A program made the position numbers and the translations under genes. From a virus (Duplodnaviria > Caudoviricetes), in the IMG/VR virus record IMGVR_UViG_3300020468_000007, positions 1 to 59,155 of that record: 59,155 nucleotides of DNA. The stretch is one strand, 5' to 3'. Shown one piece after another: positions 1-9,536 of this stretch. The notes beneath the pieces were generated by a model. That model searched no databases, had not been told where the DNA came from, and worked only from the letters and a program-made list of their open reading frames with translations. Position 1 is the first letter of the stretch; each line of letters starts with the position of its first letter.

Positions 1-148
1 AACTTGGTCAGCCGTAAAAGCAAAGGCTGACGAGATAAAGGCAGCAGAACCTATGAAGCTGCTACGGGAAGAGCGTAACCGCTTGATTGCAGAGACAGAT
101 TGGTGGGCATCCAGCGACCTAGCTGGTTCAATGAGCGGTGCCCGTACA
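1..148 (+). repeat. Imperfect terminal direct repeat, copy 1 (matches 59008-59155)
   Basis: Ungapped manual alignment with the last 148 nt gives 11 mismatches. Confidence 0.95.
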
Positions 149-229
149 GCATACCGTCAGGCACTGCGTGATATTACCAAGAGCGCTACCAGCCTTGATG
201 ATGTAACGTGGCCTACTAAGCCGGAGTAA
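2..229 (+). CDS. Tail fibre assembly chaperone, 5'-truncated by window edge
   Basis: Translates TWSAVKAK...LREERNRLIAETDWW...YRQALRDI...WPTKPE*, the R-x2-R-N-x-L-x3-D-W / YRQALRD / WPxxP pattern of phage tail assembly chaperones. Confidence 0.8.
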   Translation, partial: TWSAVKAKADEIKAAEPMKLLREERNRLIAETDWWASSDLAGSMSGARTAYRQALRDITKSATSLDDVTWPTKPE

Positions 230-232
230 GAC

Positions 233-1279
233 ATGAGCAACGCCCGTAATCTTGCAGATCTACTTGGTACTGGAACGCAGATAACTACTGCCGATATTGC
301 TGATGAGGTGTTTCGGTCGAACAAGAATATTATAAAAAATGGGGCAATGGTTATTGCACAAAGAGCAACCTCAGTAACAGGTGACACGGCTGGTGGAAGC
401 GTTAAAACTGTTGATAGAATGAATCCAGAAATGAACGCGGCTGGAACTTGGACACAGAGCCAATCAACAGATGTGCCAAGCGGTCAAGGATTTGTATATT
501 CATTTAAGTTAGACTGCACGACAGCAGATGCGTCTTTAGCCGCAAATGATTACGTTGCTTTTGGTCATAGAGTAGAAGGTTTAGATTTACAGCGTTTAAA
601 CTATGGAACATCAGGAGCAAAAAATTCAGTTCTTTCATTTTGGGTAAAAACAAACAAAGCAGGTAATTACGTTGTTGGCATTCAAAATGGTATTACTGGC
701 GGCACGAGTAAAAATTGTTCTTTTCTTTACACAGTATCATCAGCAAATACATGGCAAAAAGTTGAATTCTCTGTTCCCGGAGATACAGCAGCAGCATTTG
801 ACAATGATGCAAATGCATCAGCTTATATTTATTGGTGGTTAGCTGTTGGCTCAAACTATAACACAGGAACGCTTAGAACTACTTGGACAAATAATGTTAG
901 TGCTGATTTTGCTGCTGGCTTAAATGTTAACCTAGCAGATAGCACAGACAATGAGTGGTACATTACAGGCATTCAGTGGGAAGAGGGCGATGTAGGCACG
1001 CCGTTTGATTATGAGGACTACGGAACTACGTTGGCTAAGTGTCAGAGGTATTTTTGCAAAACATCAACTACTGGTCTAATCAGTCCCTACGGCGCACCTT
1101 ACAATTTTGTAAATTGGCAATACCCAGTAGAAATGAGAGCAACACCAACTTTAGGGGGTGGGGTTCAAGGAACCGCAGACAATCTTAATAACGTAAATGC
1201 TACCTACTATAATACCGGCAACAACTATGCAAAGTTTGGGGACGGTTCTAATGCGGCAACTGCAAGTGCGGAAATATAA
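233..1279 (+). CDS. Tail fibre / receptor-binding protein with carbohydrate-binding-module-like domain (paralog of 53739-54758)
   Basis: 348 aa; NIIKNGAMVIAQR ... ITGIQWEEG..TPFDYEDYGTTLAKCQRY motifs shared with 53739-54758. Confidence 0.7.
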   Translation: MSNARNLADLLGTGTQITTADIADEVFRSNKNIIKNGAMVIAQRATSVTGDTAGGSVKTVDRMNPEMNAAGTWTQSQSTDVPSGQGFVYSFKLDCTTADASLAANDYVAFGHRVEGLDLQRLNYGTSGAKNSVLSFWVKTNKAGNYVVGIQNGITGGTSKNCSFLYTVSSANTWQKVEFSVPGDTAAAFDNDANASAYIYWWLAVGSNYNTGTLRTTWTNNVSADFAAGLNVNLADSTDNEWYITGIQWEEGDVGTPFDYEDYGTTLAKCQRYFCKTSTTGLISPYGAPYNFVNWQYPVEMRATPTLGGGVQGTADNLNNVNATYYNTGNNYAKFGDGSNAATASAEI

Positions 1280-1453
1280 ATGAATATTAAATCAGCAAAA
1301 TATCAAAACAATTTAAACGGTGAGGCTGTCTGCATTCATGTTGTAGTCAATGATGTGACTATGTTTGTGCCGATTGACCCAGACAACCGTCACTACGCAG
1401 AAATCATGCGCCAAGTGGACGCTGGCACTCTAACAATAGAGGACGCTGACTGA
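1280..1453 (+). CDS. Small tail-fibre-associated protein, 57 aa (paralog of 54755-54940; not in ORF track)
   Basis: MNIKSAKY...FVPIDPDNRHYAEIMRQVDAGTLTIEDAD*; abuts both neighbours. Confidence 0.8.
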   Translation: MNIKSAKYQNNLNGEAVCIHVVVNDVTMFVPIDPDNRHYAEIMRQVDAGTLTIEDAD

Positions 1454-2175
1454 TGTTCGGTGAGTTGGCATTATCCGAAAGGGCTATAGCGGATCAAGGT
1501 ATTCTAGCCTTTGGTTCTGCAACTGCTGATGCCAACTTCACTGTAGACGGCGCATCTATGTTTGTAGCAAACGGCTCCGCAGATATGGAAGCAATTGGTG
1601 TTAAAGCTACAATTGGCGTAGGTGTTCTTGCAGGTATCTTTGAGGCTTCTGCTTTGTTCCTGCAAAGCACAGAGCTTACCCGCTTTGGAACAGTTATCGC
1701 GGAGATGGATTTTAGCACTGTGCAAACTACGAATGGTACGTTTGTAGCTTCAGCAATATCCGAACAAGACGCTGCCTTTATACAAAGCACAAACTCCGTT
1801 ATGACCCTAAGTGCAGCCTCTGAGCAGAGTGCTAACTTTGAGCAGACATCCGGGGCAAGTGTGTTATACTCCGCCTCGCAAGAAATGACGGCAGAGTTCA
1901 TACAGTCTGTCGCGCCTACATTTATTATAAACTCTCGTCCTTTGGATATTGAGTCTGTTTTTATACAGTCTGCTCTCGGGACCAAAGTTATTCTCATGGA
2001 CGAACTGCAAATTAATGCAGTGTTCATTGTGTCAGCCGAAGGTAGGTTCTATTGGGAGCGTATAGATGCAGACACCCCGTCAGAAAACTGGGTGCAAGTT
2101 GTCCCAAGTGGTGGAACATGGACAGAAATCAACGCGGGTGGTACAATAGAAACGTGGACAAATAAGGTGGTTTAA
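1453..2175 (+). CDS. Putative virion structural protein
   Basis: 240 aa A/S/T-rich repetitive protein in coupled tail operon. Confidence 0.55.
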   Translation: MFGELALSERAIADQGILAFGSATADANFTVDGASMFVANGSADMEAIGVKATIGVGVLAGIFEASALFLQSTELTRFGTVIAEMDFSTVQTTNGTFVASAISEQDAAFIQSTNSVMTLSAASEQSANFEQTSGASVLYSASQEMTAEFIQSVAPTFIINSRPLDIESVFIQSALGTKVILMDELQINAVFIVSAEGRFYWERIDADTPSENWVQVVPSGGTWTEINAGGTIETWTNKVV

Positions 2176-2988
2176 ATGCCCAGTACATATACTTCAAACA
2201 CTGGTATTCAAAAACCCGGTTCCGGCGAACAGGCAGGAACTTGGGGCACAACGACTAATACCAACTTCGACATAATTGATCAGGCGCTTCACGGTCAGGC
2301 GCAGATAACTATTTCAGGTAGTCAAGATCTGACCACCAACGATGGATCTACTAGCGACGGCGCAAACACCGTTCTTGTTCTTAGCGGATCTCCGGGTTCT
2401 ACCTTTGAGCTAAGAGTTACTCCAACAGATCAGGAAAAATTTTATACTATCAGAAACGACACAAACGCTGCCTGTCGTATCATATACAAAGGTGTAACCT
2501 ACTCCGCATCCAACGGCGTAGAAATCGCAGCAGGTGCATCAGCCGCTGTGACAGGTGACGGTGGTGGAGGCTCCGGTGTTTTCAAGAGCCTGACACCAAC
2601 TACCGATCTGGTTAACGACACGAGTCCCGAGCTTGGCGGCAACCTTGATGTTGTTACGCACAGCATTGTAACCACAGCAAGTAATAGAGATATTGCGATT
2701 ACCCCGCATGGTACAGGTTCTGTTATACTTGACGGCTTGTCTTATCCGCAAGCAGATGGAACAGCAGGTCAGCTATTGAAGACTGACGGTTCCGGGCAGC
2801 TTTCGTTTGTTAGTGCAGGCTCTAGCTTTGGGAGCACATTAAGTCTGACTGGTGGTAGCGGTTGGACAATTTCTGTGGACGGCAACAATAACCTAGTGTT
2901 TTCCTACGGTGGCTCGGCAGTGGCTAAAGTAGCTTCTAACGGCGCAATAACTTCTGTTGACGATGTAACCGCATATGGATCGATCTAA
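2176..2988 (+). CDS. Putative tail / fibre protein
   Basis: MPSTY...GEQAGTWGTTTNTNF N-terminus typical of podophage tail proteins; DTSPELGGNLD and YPQADGTAGQLLKTDGSG fibre motifs. Confidence 0.65.
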   Translation: MPSTYTSNTGIQKPGSGEQAGTWGTTTNTNFDIIDQALHGQAQITISGSQDLTTNDGSTSDGANTVLVLSGSPGSTFELRVTPTDQEKFYTIRNDTNAACRIIYKGVTYSASNGVEIAAGASAAVTGDGGGGSGVFKSLTPTTDLVNDTSPELGGNLDVVTHSIVTTASNRDIAITPHGTGSVILDGLSYPQADGTAGQLLKTDGSGQLSFVSAGSSFGSTLSLTGGSGWTISVDGNNNLVFSYGGSAVAKVASNGAITSVDDVTAYGSI

Positions 2989-3617
2989 TGACGTTGCCAT
3001 CTTCTGGAACACTGTCACTTTCTGATCTTCAGACGGAGTTTACTGGCTCACATCCGATTTCTATGAGCGAGTATTACAAGAGTGGTGGTAACGGATACGT
3101 TCCTAGCACCGTTGCAGAAGCGGTAACTGCATCAAGTCTTGGAGGCAGTAACTCAGCCAACTATAGATACCCCGCCATTGGCGGCTTAGATCCGCAGATA
3201 AACACTTATAGTCGTTTGTATACACAAGCCCTTTGGGGTGACAACGGCAGTACAATTACTATGGATAGGAATTTCACTGTCAGTAAAACCGGATCTTATC
3301 AGTATTACGTTGGTTATTACATACAAGGTAGCGGAACAGCCAGTATTACTATGTATGCAAACGGTAGCGTTGTTCGATCACACAGCCTAGTTGTGGGGTA
3401 TAATACCACCACTTCAGCCGTTAACACACTTTCTCTGGGTGCTGGACAGGTCATACGGGTTGCTGGAACCGCCCCATCTTCTGGCTGGGCAGTGATCTAT
3501 GTTTATGTTGGCGGAAGTTCGTACAACAACTCTTCCATCACTACAGCCGTTAACTCAGGCATTCCGACATCTGGCGCTTTAGATATATCTGATTTTTATG
3601 GCGGGAGAAAAACATAA
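2988..3617 (+). CDS. Putative fibre-tip / adhesin-like protein
   Basis: LPSSGTLSLSDLQTEF..PISMSEYY N-terminus and PTSGALDISDFYG C-terminus enclosing a G/S/Y-rich insert. Confidence 0.55.
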   Translation: MTLPSSGTLSLSDLQTEFTGSHPISMSEYYKSGGNGYVPSTVAEAVTASSLGGSNSANYRYPAIGGLDPQINTYSRLYTQALWGDNGSTITMDRNFTVSKTGSYQYYVGYYIQGSGTASITMYANGSVVRSHSLVVGYNTTTSAVNTLSLGAGQVIRVAGTAPSSGWAVIYVYVGGSSYNNSSITTAVNSGIPTSGALDISDFYGGRKT

Positions 3618-5788
3618 TGCCGCTAACAAAATTACAATTTAGGCCCGGGCTTGTACAGGATCTTACAGCATACTCCAACGAAGGTGGATGGAGAGATGGT
3701 GACAAAGTACGCTTTCGTCTAGGCTATCCTGAAAAAATAGGAGGATGGGCAAAGTACGCTAGTTCAACTTTTCTAGGTACTTGTCGTGCTTTACATAACT
3801 GGATTGCTCTTGACGGATCTAACTATCTTGGGTTGGGTACGAACTTAAAATATTACATAGAAGAAGGCGGCACATTCAACGATATAACTCCTCTTCGTAC
3901 TGGATCCCCTACAAGTGCAGGTGTTATCACCTTTGCCGCAACAACATCAGCACCGTTTTCTAGCACGATTACGGTAACCCACGTTAACCACGGTGCGGTA
4001 ACCGGGGACTTTGTTACTTTTTCCAGCGCCGCAAGTCTTGGCGGAAACATAACTGCCACCGTACTAAATCAGGAATATAGTATTGATCAGGTTCTCTCCG
4101 GCAGCACCTATGAAATTACAGCCAAAGATCTTCTTGGAGTTGCAGTAACATCCAACGGCTCTGACACAAGTAATGGCGGCGGCAGCACGGTAGGTAACTA
4201 TCAGATCAACGTAGGTCTTAATACCACAGTGGGTGGTACAGGTTGGGGCGCAGGTTTGTATGGCGGTAGAACTTCAGCACCACTACAGACAACGGTCAAT
4301 GAGGGCGGCACTCTTTCAAATAGTGACACCACAATTACCGTAACCAGCACCACAGGCATTGTGGCTACTGACATTGTAATGATTGACAATGAGTTGATCC
4401 TTGTTGGTGGTATCTCGGGCAACGATTTAACGGGCTGTACCCGTGGACACTCTGGCACAACTGCGGCTAGTCATGTGGATGGAAGTCTAGTCATCCTAGC
4501 TAAAGGTAACGCTGATCCAGCCGACGACTTCTCCGGTTGGGGTGTTGCAGCTTCTGGTGGTCTGACAACTACAACACAGATACGTCTGTGGTCACACGAC
4601 AATTTTGGGGAAGATCTCCTCATAAATCCTCGTGACTCCGGTGTGTTTTACTGGGACAAATCTACTGGTACGGGAGCCAGAGCAGTAGAACTATCCACCC
4701 GATCAGGCACAAAGAGAAGCGTACCCACCATTTGTAAGCAGATCATGGTGTCGGACAGAGATCGTCACGTTCTTGCCTTTGGTTGTGATGGTCTTGGTGG
4801 TGCGAGTGACGCACAAGGGGACGGGGTTCAAGATCCGTTGTTAATACGTTTCTCTAGTCAGGAAAACCCAATTGACTGGTATCCTGTAACAACCAACACC
4901 GCAGGAGACTTGCGGCTTGGTTCTGGTTCTACCTTTGTAAAAGCCATTGAAACAAAGCGTGAAATTCTGATATGGACTGACACTGCACTAACCTCCATGA
5001 GATTTATCGGGCCTCCCTTTACCTTTGGTCTACAGCAGCTTGCATCCAACATAACTATCGCCGGACCAAACGCCGCTGTTGCCACGGAAGATTTTGTGTT
5101 CTGGATGGGTGACGATAACTTCTACGTCTATGCTGGTCAGACAGCGCAGCTACCATGCACTGTCAAGGACAAAGTATTCAATGATATCAATCTGGAACAG
5201 AGTGACAAGATATACGGTGGGGTAAACTCTGAGTTCAGTGAGGTGTTCTGGTTTTACCCGGCATCTGGATCAACAGAGAATGACCGCTATGTGGTGTACA
5301 ACTACCTAGAAAAGCTGTGGTACTTCGGTACGTTAGCAAGAAGTGCGTGGTTGGATCGCGGTACTCGGCCCTTTCCTTTGGCTACAGAGGGCGGATATGT
5401 ATACAACCAAGAGTTTGGGCATGACGACGATGGCAATGCAATGACATCATACATTGAGTCAGCCGTGATGGACATAGGAGATGGGGATCACTTCACTTAT
5501 GTTAGAAGGGTTATACCGGATCTAAGCTTCTCTGGTTCTACTGCTATATCTACCCCGCAAGCCACGTTCACAATTAAGTCAAGAGATTTCCCGGGTGAGG
5601 ATTTTGGAAATACAGCAGCATCCACAACGACGAGGACGCAGACTAGTCCTGTTGAAGAGTACACAAAACAGTTGTACGTCCGTGCCCGAGGTCGGTCTTT
5701 TGCATTGAGAGTCGAGTCAACTGCACTTGGTGCTAAGTGGCGGCTTGGCAGTCCTAGAGTTGACTTACGTCAGGATGGGAGGCGCTAG
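3617..5788 (+). CDS. Tail tubular (nozzle) protein, P22 gp10/T7 gp12-like, with inserted decoration domains
   Basis: 723 aa; MPLTKLQFRPG...GWRDGDKVRFRLGYPEKIGGW start, IRFSSQEN..W, C-terminal RVDLRQDGRR; beta-rich; precedes ejection genes. Confidence 0.7.
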   Translation: MPLTKLQFRPGLVQDLTAYSNEGGWRDGDKVRFRLGYPEKIGGWAKYASSTFLGTCRALHNWIALDGSNYLGLGTNLKYYIEEGGTFNDITPLRTGSPTSAGVITFAATTSAPFSSTITVTHVNHGAVTGDFVTFSSAASLGGNITATVLNQEYSIDQVLSGSTYEITAKDLLGVAVTSNGSDTSNGGGSTVGNYQINVGLNTTVGGTGWGAGLYGGRTSAPLQTTVNEGGTLSNSDTTITVTSTTGIVATDIVMIDNELILVGGISGNDLTGCTRGHSGTTAASHVDGSLVILAKGNADPADDFSGWGVAASGGLTTTTQIRLWSHDNFGEDLLINPRDSGVFYWDKSTGTGARAVELSTRSGTKRSVPTICKQIMVSDRDRHVLAFGCDGLGGASDAQGDGVQDPLLIRFSSQENPIDWYPVTTNTAGDLRLGSGSTFVKAIETKREILIWTDTALTSMRFIGPPFTFGLQQLASNITIAGPNAAVATEDFVFWMGDDNFYVYAGQTAQLPCTVKDKVFNDINLEQSDKIYGGVNSEFSEVFWFYPASGSTENDRYVVYNYLEKLWYFGTLARSAWLDRGTRPFPLATEGGYVYNQEFGHDDDGNAMTSYIESAVMDIGDGDHFTYVRRVIPDLSFSGSTAISTPQATFTIKSRDFPGEDFGNTAASTTTRTQTSPVEEYTKQLYVRARGRSFALRVESTALGAKWRLGSPRVDLRQDGRR

Positions 5789-6015
5789 TGTCTAGCAATC
5801 AAACGCCACCACCCAGACTGCCGGAAGCTCCGCAAGAGTATAGCGTTGGCTACATGTCTGACCTTGTCCGGGCACTGGAGATATTTATTGAGCAGGAACG
5901 TAACCCGGGTGACCTACGGGCATCGACTATAACAATAACAGACTTGCCCACAAGCGCCACTGGACTTGAGACGGGGACGCTGTATAATGATTCCGGTACT
6001 GTAAAGGTAGCATAA
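5788..6015 (+). CDS. Small virion protein
   Basis: GTG start coupled to upstream stop; LPTSATGLETGTLYNDSGTVKV. Confidence 0.6.
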   Translation: MSSNQTPPPRLPEAPQEYSVGYMSDLVRALEIFIEQERNPGDLRASTITITDLPTSATGLETGTLYNDSGTVKVA

Positions 6016-6881
6016 TGGCAATATTTGGTGATCTTGGAAAAGCATTAGGACTAGGCAGTGCAAAAGATGTACTGCCTGTTATCGGTACGGCTGCTGGTTT
6101 TTACTTTGGCGGACCCTTGGGTGCGTCCATAGGTTCCGGTATTGGTAGTTTAGCTGGCGGCAAGTCAGTTAACGACGCACTTACCAATGCTGCACTGGCC
6201 TATGGTGTAACCTCCTTTGTCCCATCAAGTATGATGAGTTCTGGAGCACAGGCTAACACAGGTATGTTTGGCCCCAATGCCTTGCAGAGTAGTTTGTATT
6301 CGGGTAGTGCCAGAGTTCCTACTACACTGGCTGGTCCTGAGAATTTTCTGTCAGAGGGAATGACTACTGGAAGCACCTCGGGTGGAGGTAGCAGTATGTT
6401 CGGTGGAGTAATGGACTTTGTTAAAGAAAATCCGATGACATCTCTCGGTCTTGGGTCCTTGGCCCTCGGAGCTTTGTCAAGCCCAGAAGAGGAAGAAACA
6501 CGCAACCCTGACTACGGTAGACCCGGTGAAGCGTGGGATGTAGAGTATCGAGGCGTTCGGTACGATCTTGATGACCCGGAAGAGCGTGAGGAATACAAGG
6601 CCAGAAAGGACGCAGATCGCAAAGAGTACAGCGAAAGAGAGCCTGTTTTAGCAGCGCATGGCGGGGCTATGTACGGACACGATAAAATGAGTTATGATAC
6701 CCCGATAACGGGTGAGGTCAGCGGACCGGGGACAGGGACATCTGATTCCGTTCCTGCTAGGCTGTCAGATGGAGAGTTTGTTTTAACAGCAAAGTCTGTT
6801 CGTGGTGCAGGTGGTGGAGATAGAGATATCGGAGCCGCACGTTTATATGATATGATGGCGGAGTTGGAGGCCACAGCGTAA
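6015..6881 (+). CDS. Putative internal virion (ejection) protein with tape-measure-like GPGTGTSDSVPARLSDGEFV motif
   Basis: Gly-rich hydrophobic N-terminal helices; AAHGG then GEVSGPGTGTSDSVPARLSDGEFVLTA. Confidence 0.6.
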   Translation: MAIFGDLGKALGLGSAKDVLPVIGTAAGFYFGGPLGASIGSGIGSLAGGKSVNDALTNAALAYGVTSFVPSSMMSSGAQANTGMFGPNALQSSLYSGSARVPTTLAGPENFLSEGMTTGSTSGGGSSMFGGVMDFVKENPMTSLGLGSLALGALSSPEEEETRNPDYGRPGEAWDVEYRGVRYDLDDPEEREEYKARKDADRKEYSEREPVLAAHGGAMYGHDKMSYDTPITGEVSGPGTGTSDSVPARLSDGEFVLTAKSVRGAGGGDRDIGAARLYDMMAELEATA

Positions 6882-7762
6882 TGGCAGTACAAGAACAAAC
6901 AGTTACCCAACGGTTAGCTCCGTTTCAGGAAGACTTCCTAAAGGATATCTTTGCTCAAGCCACCGCTCTAAAAGGCGGGATGGGATATACAGACCAGAAA
7001 ATGGCTGGTCTATCCCCAGAGCAGAGACGAGCTATTCAATTGGCTGGACAGGGTGTGGGTGCCTACAAGCCATTTATGCAGGGCGCTCAAGCAGCAATGA
7101 CGCAAGCTGGAGCCTTTGCACAACCCGGCGCAGCCCAACAATTTATGAATCCTTACGAGGATCAAGTTGTTCAGCAGACAATGGCTGATATTAGAAAGGC
7201 TGGGCAGGAACAACAAAATCAACTTAGTTCTCAAGCAGTGCAAGCTGGAGCTTTTGGCGGGTCACGTTTTGGGGTCGGTCAAGCAGCGCTTGGTGAGGCT
7301 AATATACAGGAACAGTCTCGAGCAGCAGCCAATCTCAGGCAGCAAGGCTATCAACAAGCACAGCAAGCGGCACAAAATGCAGCGCAGTTGCAGGCACAGC
7401 AGGCCGGGATGTACGGAAATTTGGGCGGTCAGGCTCAAGCAATGGGTGTGCAGGATGTGAATAGCCTGCTTGGTATTGGTGGACTTACACAGCAGTTTGG
7501 AGATGGCGCTGGTTTCAAAGGTCAGGCGGCGTTGGACCTAGAACGTGCTAACATAATGGGTCAGCAGAATGCTCCTTATCAGGAGATAGGTTTCTTATCT
7601 GACCTGTTCCGTGGTGTTCCTTCGTTGCAACAGACAACAAGTCAAACAGCTACTCCTAATCCTAGCCTGTTCTCACAGATTGCGGGTCTTGGGATCGCGG
7701 GTCTCGGTGCTGCTGGAAAAGCTGGCGGGTTTAATCAATTATTTAATTTTGGGGCTGGATAA
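6881..7762 (+). CDS. Putative DNA ejection/pilot protein
   Basis: Q/A/G-rich; FMNPY and GAFGGSR motifs; hydrophobic Gly-rich C-terminus. Confidence 0.65.
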   Translation: MAVQEQTVTQRLAPFQEDFLKDIFAQATALKGGMGYTDQKMAGLSPEQRRAIQLAGQGVGAYKPFMQGAQAAMTQAGAFAQPGAAQQFMNPYEDQVVQQTMADIRKAGQEQQNQLSSQAVQAGAFGGSRFGVGQAALGEANIQEQSRAAANLRQQGYQQAQQAAQNAAQLQAQQAGMYGNLGGQAQAMGVQDVNSLLGIGGLTQQFGDGAGFKGQAALDLERANIMGQQNAPYQEIGFLSDLFRGVPSLQQTTSQTATPNPSLFSQIAGLGIAGLGAAGKAGGFNQLFNFGAG

Positions 7763-7764
7763 AC

Positions 7765-9522
7765 ATGAACCCATTAAATCGCAGAATGTTCCGTCAGCCC
7801 GGTGCGTCACGACGACCAACCGGGATCCTCGCATCTTCGCCGCAGCTTGCTAACACCGTAGCCAACCGTCAGCCAGTGCGTATGGCTAACGGAGGAATTA
7901 AGACAGGTAGCCGTGATGCTAATGAACGTAAGTTTCGGGAAGAACTTAACAGAGGTCTAATACCTGATTTATTTTCTGGCACAGGAGATTTATTGTCAAA
8001 GTACGCCAAGATGCTCCCAAGGTCTGGTTTTGCAAGACCAATGCTTGATAAGACTGTTTCAGGTATTTTAACAGCGGTTCCTAAAGCAGGAGACATACTT
8101 AAAGAAAGAAGGGCAATACAAAGCGGAGTTCTGCCGGGTAGAGTACCTGACTTTGAACTACCTAGAGTAATATCTGAGGAAGATTCACCCACCGAAAGGT
8201 TACTTGCTAGTGAGATTCTTGGTGGAAGGCGTGATGAACAATTTATGGGAGAGAAAAGAGATCCGAATCTTGATGTAGATATTGGTCTTGGTGATCAAGG
8301 CGGTGTTGAGATTAGAGATGAAATCCTTGACTTCGAGATTAACCCAGACAAAAAAGATGCAGGTGACGACGAAGACGGAATGCCAGTGCCAACATCAAAG
8401 CCAAAACGGAAAGAAAGCCCCGAGGTTAAAGTCAAAAAACTTGACAAGTTAGTTGACGCAGAAGTTATGGGGGAAAAACTAGATAAAATGTTTGTGGGAG
8501 AAGTTGGTTCTATTTTAAACTCGGATGTTTCTGAAGAGGAAAAGAACGATAGTATTTTAGAAGTTATGGGTGAGAAAGACCCAAAGAAAAAACTTACTAT
8601 GGAAGAACGTGTAAAGAAAAACATTGCACTATACGAAAAATATTTTCCAGAAGACGATGCAGATAAGTTTGACATGAATGACTTTGCCATTAGCTTTGGT
8701 CTTGCTTTGGCTACTGGACAAAGTCCCGATCTAATTACTAATGCTGCTAATGCTGCTAAGACCGCTCTTGGTGAAAAAGCTGAAAGTGATAAAACTCGGA
8801 AAGCTAGAAAAGATAAACTTAGAATGCTCGGTCTAACCAAAGCTTTTGATGATGAAAAAGATGAGAGGCAGTGGGGCAGAGAACTTGAAAAAATAAGTAT
8901 AAATCAAAAGTATGACTGGACTAAAACTGTATTCAAAAACAAGAAAGATTTGGAAAAGTTTAATGCTAAAATGGCATTTGACAAGACATCTTTGTACGCA
9001 AAACTAAATACTCAGATAGATATAGCGAACAACAACGCTGAAAACGCTGCTCGTAGGGAAGAGGCTAATCAAGCTGCTGCGTTAATTAGAGCTAAAATAG
9101 GCGCACTTTCAGATGCACATGCCGCAGCCTATATTGAGTTTGAAGGGCAAGATCTTACTAAGCCAGAGGTTGCCGCAGCTTTCCATAAAAAGGCTGATGA
9201 AATAGCAGATAGCCTAGCTAAAACTTCAAGCACTATGCAAAAAGATTACGGCCCGAAAAGAATTGAATTTGAAATAGCTGAAGCAATTGCTAACAGAATT
9301 AAGGCAGAAATAGCGGGAGGGAACCCTAATCCTGATGTGGATAAAATAACTAGAGAGACTAGGAATATCTATAGTAAAGCGCTGCAAGGAGCACAAGGAA
9401 TTAATAGTAATATCCCATCGTATGATACAGCCCCTGATGCTGATACACTGCAAATATTAGGTGATGCAGGTATTACACAAATTATAGTTGGTGGTAAGTT
9501 GTACCCAATCAATAAAAACTAA
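7765..9522 (+). CDS. Putative internal virion / ejection protein
   Basis: 585 aa charged helical protein between ejection-type genes; MANGG motif. Confidence 0.5.
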   Translation: MNPLNRRMFRQPGASRRPTGILASSPQLANTVANRQPVRMANGGIKTGSRDANERKFREELNRGLIPDLFSGTGDLLSKYAKMLPRSGFARPMLDKTVSGILTAVPKAGDILKERRAIQSGVLPGRVPDFELPRVISEEDSPTERLLASEILGGRRDEQFMGEKRDPNLDVDIGLGDQGGVEIRDEILDFEINPDKKDAGDDEDGMPVPTSKPKRKESPEVKVKKLDKLVDAEVMGEKLDKMFVGEVGSILNSDVSEEEKNDSILEVMGEKDPKKKLTMEERVKKNIALYEKYFPEDDADKFDMNDFAISFGLALATGQSPDLITNAANAAKTALGEKAESDKTRKARKDKLRMLGLTKAFDDEKDERQWGRELEKISINQKYDWTKTVFKNKKDLEKFNAKMAFDKTSLYAKLNTQIDIANNNAENAARREEANQAAALIRAKIGALSDAHAAAYIEFEGQDLTKPEVAAAFHKKADEIADSLAKTSSTMQKDYGPKRIEFEIAEAIANRIKAEIAGGNPNPDVDKITRETRNIYSKALQGAQGINSNIPSYDTAPDADTLQILGDAGITQIIVGGKLYPINKN

Positions 9523-9536
9523 TAGCGGGGCGATGA

